From: an uncultured Cycloclasticus sp.
Lineage (GTDB): Bacteria; Pseudomonadota; Gammaproteobacteria; Methylococcales; Cycloclasticaceae
DNA: 64,000 nucleotides
NCBI GenBank assembly: GCA_913057515.1
Contig: CAJXOJ010000004.1
Coordinates: 35,773-99,772 of the forward strand
Reading direction: 5' to 3'
Under the pieces are notes generated by a model that did no database searches, was not told the DNA's origin, and saw nothing but the letters and a program-made list of their open reading frames with translations. The translations under genes were made by a program, and so were the position numbers. Shown one piece after another: positions 20,756 to 31,085 of this stretch. Each line of letters begins with the position of its first letter. Position 1 is the first letter of the stretch.

Positions 20756-21144
20756 GGTGATTTGCTTGGTTGTAGTACGCTAAGGGAGTGTAAGTTTCTT
20801 TCTAATAGTGATGTATCACCTATGTTTAGCTCTACGATTCGCCTTAATAAGGTGGCGCTATGGATATCTAGTCCATCAAATTGCATGCCTAGTTGCTGCT
20901 CTTTGCCAAAGTAGACGATGTGGGCAAGGGCTTCAATAGTGAATGCCTCTCCTAGCGATATGCTGATGGAGAGCTTGTCTTTTATCTGAACCTCATCATT
21001 TTTTTGATGGCTTAAAATGAGGCAGCCATTAAAGGAAATATCTAATAAGCTGAAGTTAACGGATAAGCCGTTTGGGGTCAGGAAACGTCCAGTCGCATCA
21101 TGAAAGATACGCTCAAAACGCCTTTTTTCTTCATGATTATTCAA
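20752..21144 (-). CDS. Single-domain PilZ c-di-GMP receptor (MapZ/PA4608-like)
   Basis: RRFER (RxxxR) and DISFNG (DxSxxG); C-terminal LRRIVELNIGD..LLERNL. Confidence 0.85.
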   Translation of the reverse strand: MNNHEEKRRFERIFHDATGRFLTPNGLSVNFSLLDISFNGCLILSHQKNDEVQIKDKLSISISLGEAFTIEALAHIVYFGKEQQLGMQFDGLDIHSATLLRRIVELNIGDTSLLERNLHSLSVLQPSKSP

Positions 21145-21153
21145 GTTTACGGT

Positions 21154-21753
21154 CTATTCTATAAAAAATAGGTACTTAGAACTTCCAATCTTTATGCTTG
21201 CCTCATTATCTAATTTGGTTTCGTCGGATATAGCTTGGTCATTGATGCTGATGTCGAGATCGTCAGTTAACCTCGATAAATAATAACCGTCGAGCCTTTT
21301 TGCAATTATAGCTGGAGTGGTATCAACAATATTAATTTCAGTAACGGCTTTGTTTAAAGTAACCACTAATCCAATATCAGCTCCGTTCATAGCTTGTAAG
21401 TTACCCATGCCAAGCTCGTTGAGTGACTTTTTAGCTGTATCCGCGTTAGAGTTACTGGAAACCTTAGGTGGCTGGGAATAGAAAAGAGTATGTTTTCCAA
21501 GTATTATTTTGTCGCCTTGATGAAGCGTTGCGTTTTGAACTCTCTTATCATTCACCACAGTTGAAAACTGCTCGGATAAGCTTTCAATAAAATGTTCTCC
21601 ATTTAGCTGGCTTATTTTCAGGTGAGCAGGGGCAATAGCGAGGCTGTCGATAACAAACGTATTAGAGGGCCCTCTACCAATGCTAGAGACCTCTTGCTCA
21701 AGATGAAAGACATCAATCGGTGTATTGTTGAAATAAAGTGCTAGTTTTGCCAT
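21154..21753 (-). CDS. FHA-domain protein with two FHA-like repeats
   Basis: SIGRGPSN..ID...H, LHQGDKIILG; second degenerate FHA-like domain at C-terminus. Confidence 0.75.
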   Translation of the reverse strand: MAKLALYFNNTPIDVFHLEQEVSSIGRGPSNTFVIDSLAIAPAHLKISQLNGEHFIESLSEQFSTVVNDKRVQNATLHQGDKIILGKHTLFYSQPPKVSSNSNADTAKKSLNELGMGNLQAMNGADIGLVVTLNKAVTEINIVDTTPAIIAKRLDGYYLSRLTDDLDISINDQAISDETKLDNEASIKIGSSKYLFFIE

Positions 21754-21817
21754 AGTCGGTAAGTTGTGTTTCTGTATTTGTTCAAGTATATCTCAGTTGC
21801 TGTATAACAGTGTTTTT

Positions 21818-23080
21818 TCAGGAAGCTCTGTTAGGTTTAAATTTAGCAAGTTTTATCGCATTATCTTCCATTAAGACTATTTCAATAGGACGCCCATATA
21901 TCTTTAAACTCGTGCCCTGCTCAGGAATTGACTCGAGGTATTCAAGTATAAGCCCATTTAATGTTTTGGGTCCCTTTGTTGGCAGAGTCCAGTTTAATGA
22001 GCGATTCAGTTCCCTAATGGTTATATTGCCGCTGATAAGTAAAGTGCCGTCATCCTTTTTTTGAATATCTGGAGAGCTATCAGAGGGGTCAGTGGTAAAT
22101 TCACCAATCACCTCTTCTAACACATCTTGTAGTGTAATGAGCCCAAGAATGGAGCCATATTCATTAACAACATAAGCAAACCGTTGTTTGTTTTGTTGAA
22201 AGTTAATAAGTTGATGATAAAGGCTAGTGTTGTTAGGAATAAAGTAGGGGGGGCGTTGAATGTCGAGTATTTTTTTCTGATCAAGGTGATCGTCTTGTAT
22301 TAGGTTGAAGATATCTTTTGTTCTCAAGTAGCCTTGAGTCGAATCTATATTGGTTGAGAACACGGGCAAATTTGAATAAGAAGCGTTCAATAATTGCTTT
22401 TTGATGTCGTCAATATCGTCATCTAGATCAATCCCATGAATTTCACTAATCGGTATCATTATTTCTTCAACAGTTGCTTTCTGGAGGTCTAGAATACCGA
22501 GTAGCATATCTTTGTGTTCTTCAGGTATAAGGTTACCTGCTTCAGTAACAACCGTACGCAACTCTTCATGTTGCATAGGGGCTTCACTATCGTGGCTAAC
22601 GTGAATGTTTAAAGCTCTTAACAATAGGTTTGCCAAGCTGTTTATGACCCAAACAAGAGGGTAAAGCACTTTTAGCAAAGGTGTGTAAATAATAGAGGCA
22701 AAAAAAGCGAGTCGTTCAGGGTGGCTAGCAGCCCATGTTTTAGGGGCTACTTCAGAGAAAATAAGGATGACAAATGTTAATAAGCCTGCGGCGATTGCAA
22801 TACCTGCTTCCCCATAAAGACGTAATGCAATGATGGTTGCGATCGATGAAGCAAAAATATTAATAAAATTGTTGCCGAGGAGAATGAGTCCGATTAACCG
22901 ATCAGGTTTTTTAAGTAACTTATGCGCCATTTTTGCGCCAAGGTGATCAGTTTTTATAAGGTGTAATAGACGATACCTATTTAGACGCATTAAGGCTGTT
23001 TCGGAGCCTGAGAAAAAGGCGGATAGAAAAATAAGAGCGGCTAAAATTGTAAACAGTAATCCCAGTGAGAGGTTTGTCAC
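21818..23080 (-). CDS. CNNM/CorB-family (DUF21-CBS-CorC) Mg2+/Co2+ transport protein, YfjD-like
   Basis: SAFFSGSETA, ILLGNN, FSEVAPKT, CBS pair, GPKTLNGLILEYLE. Confidence 0.92.
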   Translation of the reverse strand: MTNLSLGLLFTILAALIFLSAFFSGSETALMRLNRYRLLHLIKTDHLGAKMAHKLLKKPDRLIGLILLGNNFINIFASSIATIIALRLYGEAGIAIAAGLLTFVILIFSEVAPKTWAASHPERLAFFASIIYTPLLKVLYPLVWVINSLANLLLRALNIHVSHDSEAPMQHEELRTVVTEAGNLIPEEHKDMLLGILDLQKATVEEIMIPISEIHGIDLDDDIDDIKKQLLNASYSNLPVFSTNIDSTQGYLRTKDIFNLIQDDHLDQKKILDIQRPPYFIPNNTSLYHQLINFQQNKQRFAYVVNEYGSILGLITLQDVLEEVIGEFTTDPSDSSPDIQKKDDGTLLISGNITIRELNRSLNWTLPTKGPKTLNGLILEYLESIPEQGTSLKIYGRPIEIVLMEDNAIKLAKFKPNRAS

Positions 23081-23195
23081 GATGTGTGGTCCAAATTAAT
23101 AAGTGTTCTTTCTAAGACTTGTTTGTTTGGCTGTCAAGCTAAAACTAAGATGATGCTTTAATTGATAGGTAAATGGATAATAAGTTGTAAGTGGT

Positions 23196-23209
23196 GTCGA
23201 CTTTTTGAC
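23196..23209. promoter_or_regulatory. Putative FleQ-binding box upstream of fleQ
   Basis: GTCGACTTTTTGAC (GTC-N8-GAC), resembles Pseudomonas FleQ box GTCaNTAAAtTGAC. Confidence 0.5.
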
Positions 23210-23252
23210 ATACTAAACAATTACACATTCAAAATAATGGGTTGATGGGTTT

Positions 23253-24701
23253 ATGGCTTTACAAAAAGTGTTTGTAATAGATGATGATAAAGCGCGTAGT
23301 TCTGAAGTAGTAACGGTGTTAAGCTTTTTAGACTATAAGGTTAAATCGATAGCGATAGATAAGTTAAAAAATGCGATGAGTGATGCTGAATCAGCCTTGG
23401 TCGTGTTGGCTGAGGGTGTTGAGTTCAAAGAGGAAGATGTGCACTCTTTTTTTGCTAGCACTAAAAACCAGCAACCCTTTCTTTATATTTATAACAAAGG
23501 CAAAGCGCCAAAAATCAGTAAAACATTAGCGAGCTATTTTGTGCCTTTGGAATGGCCAACAAGCTATCAGAAGTTTATTAATTGTATTCGCCAGTTACAG
23601 TCAGCCGAGCAGTCGTTAAATAAGGAAGTGTCTCAGAGAGCTACTGAGTTATTTAGAAGCCTAGTCGGCAACAGTCAAGAGGTAAAACGCGTAAGGCAAT
23701 TGATCCAGCAGGTGTGTGTGTCGGATGCGACCGTTTTAATTTTAGGTGAGTCGGGTACAGGCAAAGAGGTGATTGCAAGAAATGTTCATTATCATTCGAC
23801 GCGCCGGCAAAAAGCATTTGTGCCGATTAATTGCGGTGCGATTCCGGCAGAATTGATTGAGAGCGAGTTATTCGGCCATGAGAAAGGTGCTTTTACGGGG
23901 GCTTTAACAGCAAGGCAAGGGCGTTTCGAATTGGCAGAAGGCGGCACCATATTTTTGGATGAAATTGGTGATATGCCAATGCAAATGCAAGTTAAGTTGT
24001 TAAGGGTATTGCAGGAAAAAGTATTTGAGCGAGTAGGTGGTAATAAGTCCATTCCATGTAATGTTCGGGTGTTAGCAGCGACACATAGAGATCTCAAAAA
24101 TGAAATTGAGAAGGGTAACTTCCGTGAAGACTTATTCTATCGCTTAGATGTTTTCCCTATTACGATTGCCCCATTAAGGGAACGTGCGGAAGATATTCCA
24201 ATGCTGGTTAGTGAGTTAGTGCAGCGTATTGAAAATGATAAGAAAGGTTCGGTGCGCTTTACATCCGCTGCATTAATGGCACTATGCCAACATGACTGGC
24301 CGGGTAATGTAAGAGAGTTAGCTAATATGGTTGAAAGGCTCACTATTATTCATGCTTACGGTGTTGTTGATGTGAAGGATTTACCCGATAAATTTCAGCA
24401 ATATGAGCATACGCCAACGGTTACCCAGGAAGAGTTTGCCCTTGAACCACCGATGTTTGAAGACCCGAATCCCTCAGTTCAGGGGATTGCAATGACACAA
24501 AATAATCATGTAGCGGTCGGGATTTTGCCTGAACAAGGAATGGACCTTAAGGAACATTTGAATGGGCTTGAATTATCATTAATTCAGCAGGCCTTAAATG
24601 ATTCAGATGGTGTGGTAGCCCATGCGGCTAAAAAACTTAATATGCGTCGAACAACCCTCGTTGAAAAAATGCGTAAACATGATATGCAGCGTAACGATTA
24701 A
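23253..24701 (+). CDS. fleQ: Flagellar master regulator FleQ/FlrA, sigma54 enhancer-binding protein
   Basis: Atypical REC domain, [28 protein letters not shown]; upstream of fleSR-fliE. Confidence 0.93.
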   Translation: MALQKVFVIDDDKARSSEVVTVLSFLDYKVKSIAIDKLKNAMSDAESALVVLAEGVEFKEEDVHSFFASTKNQQPFLYIYNKGKAPKISKTLASYFVPLEWPTSYQKFINCIRQLQSAEQSLNKEVSQRATELFRSLVGNSQEVKRVRQLIQQVCVSDATVLILGESGTGKEVIARNVHYHSTRRQKAFVPINCGAIPAELIESELFGHEKGAFTGALTARQGRFELAEGGTIFLDEIGDMPMQMQVKLLRVLQEKVFERVGGNKSIPCNVRVLAATHRDLKNEIEKGNFREDLFYRLDVFPITIAPLRERAEDIPMLVSELVQRIENDKKGSVRFTSAALMALCQHDWPGNVRELANMVERLTIIHAYGVVDVKDLPDKFQQYEHTPTVTQEEFALEPPMFEDPNPSVQGIAMTQNNHVAVGILPEQGMDLKEHLNGLELSLIQQALNDSDGVVAHAAKKLNMRRTTLVEKMRKHDMQRND

Positions 24702-24703
24702 GA

Positions 24704-24784
24704 GACTGTTATTTGACGTAATTTATTTTGAATATCATAAGTTACTGTTTATTAAGTAAAAATTAAACTGGCACGTTTTTGGCA
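24704..24784 (+). promoter_or_regulatory. Sigma54 promoter of fleSR with FleQ-box-like and IHF-like sites
   Basis: TGGCACGTTTTTGGCA 24769-24784 (GG-N10-GC); GACTGTTATTTGAC 24704-24717; IHF-like AAACAGTAACTTA on minus strand at 24738-24750. Confidence 0.75.
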
Positions 24785-24817
24785 TTGTCTTTTTTATCTT
24801 AATTTAGATAACAGATA

Positions 24818-26005
24818 ATGAGTAGATTAGCTACATCACAAGTACTTAACCAGGCCGAGTCTCCCAACAATGCATTGTCTGCACTCAGCCAGGTATCTCA
24901 GCACCTAAGTAACTCATATCAGTACCTAGAGCAACAGGTACGTGTTCTAAATGATGCTTTAGCTAAGTTCGATACAGAAAAAACTCAGTACTTGTTTGAA
25001 AAAGAAGCTTTATCCGCTCAGCTCGATAGTTTGATAGAGGCTATTCCCAGTGCCGCCATTGTTTTGGATACGCAACATAAAGTAATAGCAGTGAATGACT
25101 CTGCTAAATGGTGGTTGCATGATGATATTTTGGGGCTAAATTGGGAGGCTGTTCAAGCTGATTTTTTGATACGTCATGAAACGTTAGCTGATCAATATAG
25201 CTTAAAGAGCGGACGAGTCGTCGCCATGTCAACCAGCACGCTTGGAGTGCAAGCAGGTCAACTGGTGTTGTTAAGTGATAAGACTGAACAGCAAGACGGC
25301 AATAAGCACGCTGAGCACAAAACGAAATTATCTGAAATGGGCGCATTTTCAGCCAGTTTAGCTCATCAAATACGGTCACCCTTAGCATCCGCTTTGTTAT
25401 ATGCGTCTCAGCTAACGAGCAATACATTAAGTGGGCAGGCTCAGCAACAGTTATCAGTGAAACTACTAGATAGACTCAGAGTGTTAGATTCACAAGTGAG
25501 CGATATGTTGAGGTACTCGCACTGTGGAGAGCTTATTAAGCAGCCGATTGGTTTGTCGTCATTTATTGAGCGTTTAGAACGTTTTTATGATGAAAAACGT
25601 ATTGCGTTCCATGTCAGTGAGTTTCATGATTCGGCAACCATTAACGTTAACCAAGAAGCGCTGATAGGGGCGGTTGGTAACTTACTCGATAATGCCTTGG
25701 ATGCAAGCAATAATTCGCAGGATGTGTTGTGTTCAATAGAACTCACAGAGGAAAAGGTATTAAGAATAAGCGTTAAGGATCAGGGTGTTGGTCTATCAGA
25801 AGGCCAGCAACATAAAATATTTAAGCCTTTTTATAGTAATAAAAGCAATGGAACAGGGCTGGGGTTAGCCGTTGTTCAACAGGTTGTTAATGCCCATGCA
25901 GGTGAGATCAACTGCGTATCAAATTTAGATGTTGGAACGGTGATGGTTATCCGTTTACCGGTTTTGATATCGCCCTTACAAAAACAGTCAAATAGGAGTT
26001 TGTAG
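24818..26005 (+). CDS. fleS: Soluble PAS sensor histidine kinase FleS/FlrB
   Basis: H-box SLAHQIRSPL, NLLDNA, DQGVG, GTGLGL; no TM segment; between fleQ and fleR. Confidence 0.9.
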   Translation: MSRLATSQVLNQAESPNNALSALSQVSQHLSNSYQYLEQQVRVLNDALAKFDTEKTQYLFEKEALSAQLDSLIEAIPSAAIVLDTQHKVIAVNDSAKWWLHDDILGLNWEAVQADFLIRHETLADQYSLKSGRVVAMSTSTLGVQAGQLVLLSDKTEQQDGNKHAEHKTKLSEMGAFSASLAHQIRSPLASALLYASQLTSNTLSGQAQQQLSVKLLDRLRVLDSQVSDMLRYSHCGELIKQPIGLSSFIERLERFYDEKRIAFHVSEFHDSATINVNQEALIGAVGNLLDNALDASNNSQDVLCSIELTEEKVLRISVKDQGVGLSEGQQHKIFKPFYSNKSNGTGLGLAVVQQVVNAHAGEINCVSNLDVGTVMVIRLPVLISPLQKQSNRSL

Positions 26006-26006
26006 C

Positions 26007-27350
26007 ATGATGAAGCAAATAGATGTCTTAATTGTTGAAGATGATAAGCCATTACAAGAAGCGATCAATGATGCGTTAACGACTTATGGTTATAAAACAA
26101 AGTGTGCATCAAATGGTTTAGACGCATTAAAAGCCTTGGAGACGTATCAAGCACGTCTAGTCATAAGCGATGTACAGATGGATAAGATGAGTGGGCAGGA
26201 ACTGCTTGAGACATTAAAAGCACGTTTCCCGAGTTTGCCAGTATTACTGATGACAGCATATGCGACGGTTGAACAAGCGGTTAAAGCGATACAAACGGGC
26301 GCGTCTGATTATTTAACGAAACCGTTTGAGTTAAGTGAGTTAATCGTACATGTTGAACAGACTATTGCCCCTGAAACAATCACTTTCGGTGAGTTACCCA
26401 GTAATGATAGCAGTATGAAAGACATTGTGGCATTAGCTGGCAGAGTGGCTAAAAGCGAAGCGACGGTATTGATACAAGGTGAAAGTGGGACAGGAAAAGA
26501 AGTATTGTCGCGCTTTATTCATAAAAACTCGAATAGAAGTAAGAAAGAATTCGTTGCTATTAATTGTGCGGCGATCCCAGAAAACATGCTTGAAGCCATG
26601 TTGTTTGGGTATGAGAAAGGTGCGTTTACGGGTGCTCATCAATCATCGCCTGGCAAATTTGAACAGGCTCAGGGTGGAACGATTTTGCTTGATGAGATAT
26701 CAGAAATGAATATTTTATTACAAGCTAAATTATTACGTGTTTTGCAAGAAAAAGAAGTAGAACGATTAGGTGGAAAGAAGACCATTAAGTTAGACGTTCG
26801 AGTGCTAGCCACGACAAATAAAAACTTGAGAGAGTTGGTCAATGAGGGGCACTTTAGAGAAGATTTATTGTACAGAATTAATGTGTTTCCTATTAACATC
26901 CCGCCATTAAGAGAACGTAAATCTGATGTGTTGGCGTTATCAAAAACGATGATAGCAAGGCATTATTGTGGGGGGCAATCAGCACCAACTCTTTCGGCAG
27001 CGGCGATTAAAATGCTCGAGAAGCATAGTTGGAAAGGTAATGTTCGGGAGCTAGAAAACGTTATTCAACGAGCGTTGATTATGGCGAGTAGCTCAATTAT
27101 AGGCGAGCAAGAGTTGATTTTTGAGTCAGATTCACCCAGTTCAGAAAGTGTATCAAATATCAGCAGTACGAGTACGCAGAATGACCTAAGTGACGGTGTT
27201 AGAGCGGTGGAAGATAAGCTGATTATAGACACACTGGTTAAATCCAATGGCAGTAGAAAAAATACCGCAGAACGTTTGGGCATCAGTGCCCGAACATTAC
27301 GCTATAAGATTGCGCGGATGCGTGATGCAGGCGTTGAAATTCCAGCGTAA
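26007..27350 (+). CDS. fleR: Sigma54-dependent response regulator FleR/FlrC
   Basis: REC (ISDVQM), [28 protein letters not shown]. Confidence 0.93.
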   Translation: MMKQIDVLIVEDDKPLQEAINDALTTYGYKTKCASNGLDALKALETYQARLVISDVQMDKMSGQELLETLKARFPSLPVLLMTAYATVEQAVKAIQTGASDYLTKPFELSELIVHVEQTIAPETITFGELPSNDSSMKDIVALAGRVAKSEATVLIQGESGTGKEVLSRFIHKNSNRSKKEFVAINCAAIPENMLEAMLFGYEKGAFTGAHQSSPGKFEQAQGGTILLDEISEMNILLQAKLLRVLQEKEVERLGGKKTIKLDVRVLATTNKNLRELVNEGHFREDLLYRINVFPINIPPLRERKSDVLALSKTMIARHYCGGQSAPTLSAAAIKMLEKHSWKGNVRELENVIQRALIMASSSIIGEQELIFESDSPSSESVSNISSTSTQNDLSDGVRAVEDKLIIDTLVKSNGSRKNTAERLGISARTLRYKIARMRDAGVEIPA

Positions 27351-27400
27351 ATCAATTGGTTCGAATTGAAATAAAGTTAAGTTAAGTTGAGGATAATAGT

Positions 27401-27718
27401 ATGAGTGATATGCAAATAAATAATGTATTGGCCCAAATGCGAGCCATGTCGGCGCAGGCTTCAAGCGCCGTTACGGAAACTAAACCTACGGGCTCGTCGG
27501 ATTTTTCTGCGATGCTAAGTCAATCTATTGAAGATGTAAATAAGTCACAAAAAGAGGCGTCTGCCTTATCTACTGCTTTTACGAAAGGTGAAACGGATGC
27601 AAGCTTGGCAGAAGTGATGGTGTCTATGCAAAAAGCTAGCTTATCGTTCCAAACGGTACTGCAAACGAGGAATAAAATAGTAGATGCCTACAAAGAAGTC
27701 ATGCGAATGAGCATGTAA
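27401..27718 (+). CDS. fliE: Flagellar hook-basal body protein FliE
   Basis: LAEVMVSMQKASLSF, RNKIVDAYKEVMRM. Confidence 0.95.
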   Translation: MSDMQINNVLAQMRAMSAQASSAVTETKPTGSSDFSAMLSQSIEDVNKSQKEASALSTAFTKGETDASLAEVMVSMQKASLSFQTVLQTRNKIVDAYKEVMRMSM

Positions 27719-27768
27719 GGCCTTGGTTTTACAATACTTAATATAAAATAAAAAATAGGTTTAATAGT

Positions 27769-29433
27769 ATGGCAACTCCTGCAGAGCAAGCAACAATGCA
27801 AATACCGCAAGGAAATATGATGCTACGCCAGCTCGGTGTTATGGTGGCACTGGCGATCAGTGTTGCACTGGGTGTGGCCGTTGTATTGTGGTCGCAATCA
27901 CCAAATTACAGTATGTTATATAGTAATTTAGGGGATAGAGAGTTAAGTGCTGTGGTATCTGGCCTTCAACAATCGGGTGTTGACTATAAACTGGAGGCAG
28001 GATCAGGTGCTGTTTTAGTGCCGTCATCAAAAGTAGATGAATTAAGGTTGAAACTAGCTGGCTTAGGCTTACCTCGTGGTGGTGGGCAAGGGTTTGAGTT
28101 ATTGGAAAAAGAGACTGGGTTTGGGGGTAGCCAGGCGATTGAAAAAGCGCGTATTCAACGTGCGTTAGAAGGCGAAATTGCACGCTCTATTACCACCATT
28201 CAAAGCGTGCGATCTGCTCGCGTTCTATTAGCAATACCTAAGCAATCAGTTTTCCTACGGCACCGTAAGAAACCGAGTGCATCAGTGGTAGTAGATATGT
28301 ACCAAGGGCGTGAGTTAAAAAAGCCAGAAGTGGATGCTATCTTGCATCTGGTGTCCTCAGCGGTTCCGCAGTTAGATGCCACGCAGGTGACTATTGTTGA
28401 TCAAAAAGGTGCGCTGTTAAGCTCTAAATCATCTAATGATACGATGTCGATGACCAGCAATCAGTTTGAGTTTAAACAAGGTGTGGAAGAGCATCTGATA
28501 GGGCGTGTTGAAAGTATTTTACTGCCAATCGTGGGTTCGGGCGCTATTCGTGCATCAGTGTCTGCTGATGTAGACTTCACGGTAACGGAGCAAACTCAAG
28601 AACAGTACAATCCTGATTTGCCTGCGCTACGCAGTGAGCAGATCACCGAAGAGCAAAACAGTTTGGCAGGTGCGGGAGGTGTTCCGGGTGCACTATCAAA
28701 TCAGCCGCCGGCACAAGGCGTTGCACCAGAAGTGGCTGCCGAAGGCGCGGAAAACGGAGCACTTGGTAGCGCAATGAATGTGAATAGGAAAGCGATTAAG
28801 AATTACGAATTAGATAAGAAAATCAGTCATACTAAGCTCTCTACAGGCCGTTTGAAACGTATTACGGTAGCGGTGGTGATAGATAACAAACAGGCGCTCG
28901 TTACGGCTGATGAAGCGGCAGCTGCATCCGAGCCGTATACAATAGAAGAATTGGCTAAATTCACTAGCATTGTGAAAGAAGCGGTTGGTTTTAATGAGTT
29001 ACGAGGTGATAGAGTGACGGTGACTAACCTTGCGTTTAAACAACCTGAAGCGCTTGGGGCCTTACCTGAGATTCCACTGCTGGAGCAAGCTTGGGTGCTG
29101 GATGTTGCGAAACAAGCCGTGGGGGCTATCTTTGTGTTAATACTGGTTTTTGTTGTGTTAAAGCCAACCATTCAAAAGTTATTAGAAAAACCAACCGTTA
29201 CAGGTTTACCCGATGGGTCGCAAGTTGCTGTCATGACTCCAGGTGGTGGCATGGTGTCTCAGGGTGGCGTCGCTCAGTCTGGTGCAGAAACGGCCCTTGG
29301 GCTTGAGTCAGATGAAGAGTTGATGTTATTGGAAGCACCTAAAAGTTATGAGCAGCGGCTAGAAATGGCGCAAAAGATCGCGGGTGAAGACCCAAAGCGA
29401 GTGGCTCAAGTTATGAAAACATGGATACACTAA
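27769..29433 (+). CDS. fliF: Flagellar MS-ring protein
   Basis: RALEGEIARSI, SASVVV, GGVPGALSNQPP, NYELDK, two TM segments. Confidence 0.96.
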   Translation: MATPAEQATMQIPQGNMMLRQLGVMVALAISVALGVAVVLWSQSPNYSMLYSNLGDRELSAVVSGLQQSGVDYKLEAGSGAVLVPSSKVDELRLKLAGLGLPRGGGQGFELLEKETGFGGSQAIEKARIQRALEGEIARSITTIQSVRSARVLLAIPKQSVFLRHRKKPSASVVVDMYQGRELKKPEVDAILHLVSSAVPQLDATQVTIVDQKGALLSSKSSNDTMSMTSNQFEFKQGVEEHLIGRVESILLPIVGSGAIRASVSADVDFTVTEQTQEQYNPDLPALRSEQITEEQNSLAGAGGVPGALSNQPPAQGVAPEVAAEGAENGALGSAMNVNRKAIKNYELDKKISHTKLSTGRLKRITVAVVIDNKQALVTADEAAAASEPYTIEELAKFTSIVKEAVGFNELRGDRVTVTNLAFKQPEALGALPEIPLLEQAWVLDVAKQAVGAIFVLILVFVVLKPTIQKLLEKPTVTGLPDGSQVAVMTPGGGMVSQGGVAQSGAETALGLESDEELMLLEAPKSYEQRLEMAQKIAGEDPKRVAQVMKTWIH

Positions 29434-29434
29434 A

Positions 29435-30460
29435 ATGGCTGAAAAACAAACATCAGGGGAAGAGTTAACGGGAACGGCTAAAGCAGCTATTTTCTTATTA
29501 TCTTTAGGTGAAGAGCACGCGGCAGGTGTGATGAAACATATGGGGCCGAAGGAAGTACAGCAGGTAGGTACTGCAATGGCTTCACTAGAAAATGTAACAA
29601 CCGAAACACTGGACTCTGTTGTTGGTCAATTTATCACCACCATTGGTGGGCAAACGGCCTTAGGTATAGACTCTGATAAATATATTAAAAATGTTCTGAC
29701 CAGTGCGCTTGGAGGCGATAAAGCTGGAGGCGTTATTGATCGTATTTTGTTGGGCAGAAACTCTAAAGGCTTGGAGCAACTTAAATGGATGGATCCGCGA
29801 TCGATTGCCGATTTTGTTCGTTTAGAACACCCGCAAATTATTGCGATTGTTTTATCTTATTTAGACAGTGATCAAGCAGCTGAAACATTGACGTACCTTG
29901 CGCCTAAAATAAGACCAGATGTATTAATGCGCATTGCTGTGTTGGAAGGGGTTCAGCCGGATGCGCTTCAAGAGTTAGATGCGATCATGGATAAGCAGTT
30001 GTCCGGAAATACAGGCGCTCAAACGGCACAAATGGGTGGTATTCAAACAGCCGCAAATATTTTGAATTTTATGGAAGGGTCAAGCAGTGCAGAGTTGATT
30101 GATGCAGTCGTCGAAGCAGATGATGCTATTGGTCAGCAAATTCAAGATAAAATGTTTGTTTTTGATAATCTCATTGATGTTGACGATAGAGGCATCCAAA
30201 GCCTACTAAAAGAGGTGTCGACCGATGTGTTGACGTTGGCGTTACGGGCAGCAGAAGAGGCGTTAAAAGAAAAAGTATTTCTCAATATGTCTAAACGGGC
30301 CAGTGAAATGCTGCGTGACGATATGGAGGCTGCACCACCGGCTAAACTGAGCGATGTTGAGGCGGCGCAAAAAGAAGTCTTGGTTATTGCGAGACGATTA
30401 TCTGATTCGGGTGAAATTTCATTAGGTGGTAGCGGTGGCGGGGGTGATGAATTTGTCTAA
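29435..30460 (+). CDS. fliG: Flagellar motor switch protein
   Basis: KAAIFLLSLG, EHPQIIA, MFVFDNL, NMSKRA. Confidence 0.97.
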   Translation: MAEKQTSGEELTGTAKAAIFLLSLGEEHAAGVMKHMGPKEVQQVGTAMASLENVTTETLDSVVGQFITTIGGQTALGIDSDKYIKNVLTSALGGDKAGGVIDRILLGRNSKGLEQLKWMDPRSIADFVRLEHPQIIAIVLSYLDSDQAAETLTYLAPKIRPDVLMRIAVLEGVQPDALQELDAIMDKQLSGNTGAQTAQMGGIQTAANILNFMEGSSSAELIDAVVEADDAIGQQIQDKMFVFDNLIDVDDRGIQSLLKEVSTDVLTLALRAAEEALKEKVFLNMSKRASEMLRDDMEAAPPAKLSDVEAAQKEVLVIARRLSDSGEISLGGSGGGGDEFV

Positions 30461-31085
30461 ACCACCGGTTGAAAAAGATGATATTTCCTCATGGAGTTTT
30501 CCTTCATTAGGTGTTGCAACAGCGGTTGATGTTGAGGTTAGTCGCGTAAAAGCCCCTACGGCGAGTGATCTTGAGGAAATCCAACAGCAGGCTATTCAAG
30601 AGGGCGCTAAACAAGGTTATGAAGAAGGGTTTGCGAAAGGCTTAAAAGCGGGAGAGCTGAAAATCGCAGAACGAGTTAAATCGCTAGAGTCTATTATCCA
30701 AGCATTGGCCAGCCCCTTTGATGAGTTTGATGAGCGAGTCGAGAATGAAATTGCCTCATTGGCTATTCAAATTTCAAAACAGCTGGTTCGTCGTGAACTT
30801 AAGGTAGATTCTGGTCAAGTGGTAGGTGTTGTTAAAGAAGCAATCGTTGCTTTACCATCAAGCACTCAAAATATTCGTTTGTTTTTGCACCCTGATGATG
30901 TCGATTTAGTAAAGTCTGCGCTGTCTTTAGATGAAAGTGCGCGTTGGGAGTTGGTCGAAGACCCGGTTATAACGCGAGGTGGTTGTCGAGTTGCGACGGA
31001 CGTGTCGACCATTGATGCGACGATTGAAAATCGATTGTTGGCTATTATTGCTCAAGCCTTTGGGGACGAAAGAGCGCTTCCATGA
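30447..31085 (+). CDS. fliH: Flagellar assembly protein FliH
   Basis: GxxxG repeats (EGAKQGYEEGFAKG), LHPDD, RGGCRV; start ATG 30447 or TTG 30453. Confidence 0.92.
   Translation: MNLSKPPVEKDDISSWSFPSLGVATAVDVEVSRVKAPTASDLEEIQQQAIQEGAKQGYEEGFAKGLKAGELKIAERVKSLESIIQALASPFDEFDERVENEIASLAIQISKQLVRRELKVDSGQVVGVVKEAIVALPSSTQNIRLFLHPDDVDLVKSALSLDESARWELVEDPVITRGGCRVATDVSTIDATIENRLLAIIAQAFGDERALP

Noticed and set aside
27351-27400. Separate sigma54 promoter for fliE
   Set aside because: TGGTTCGAATTGAAAT lacks the -12 GC; fliE is probably co-transcribed with fleSR
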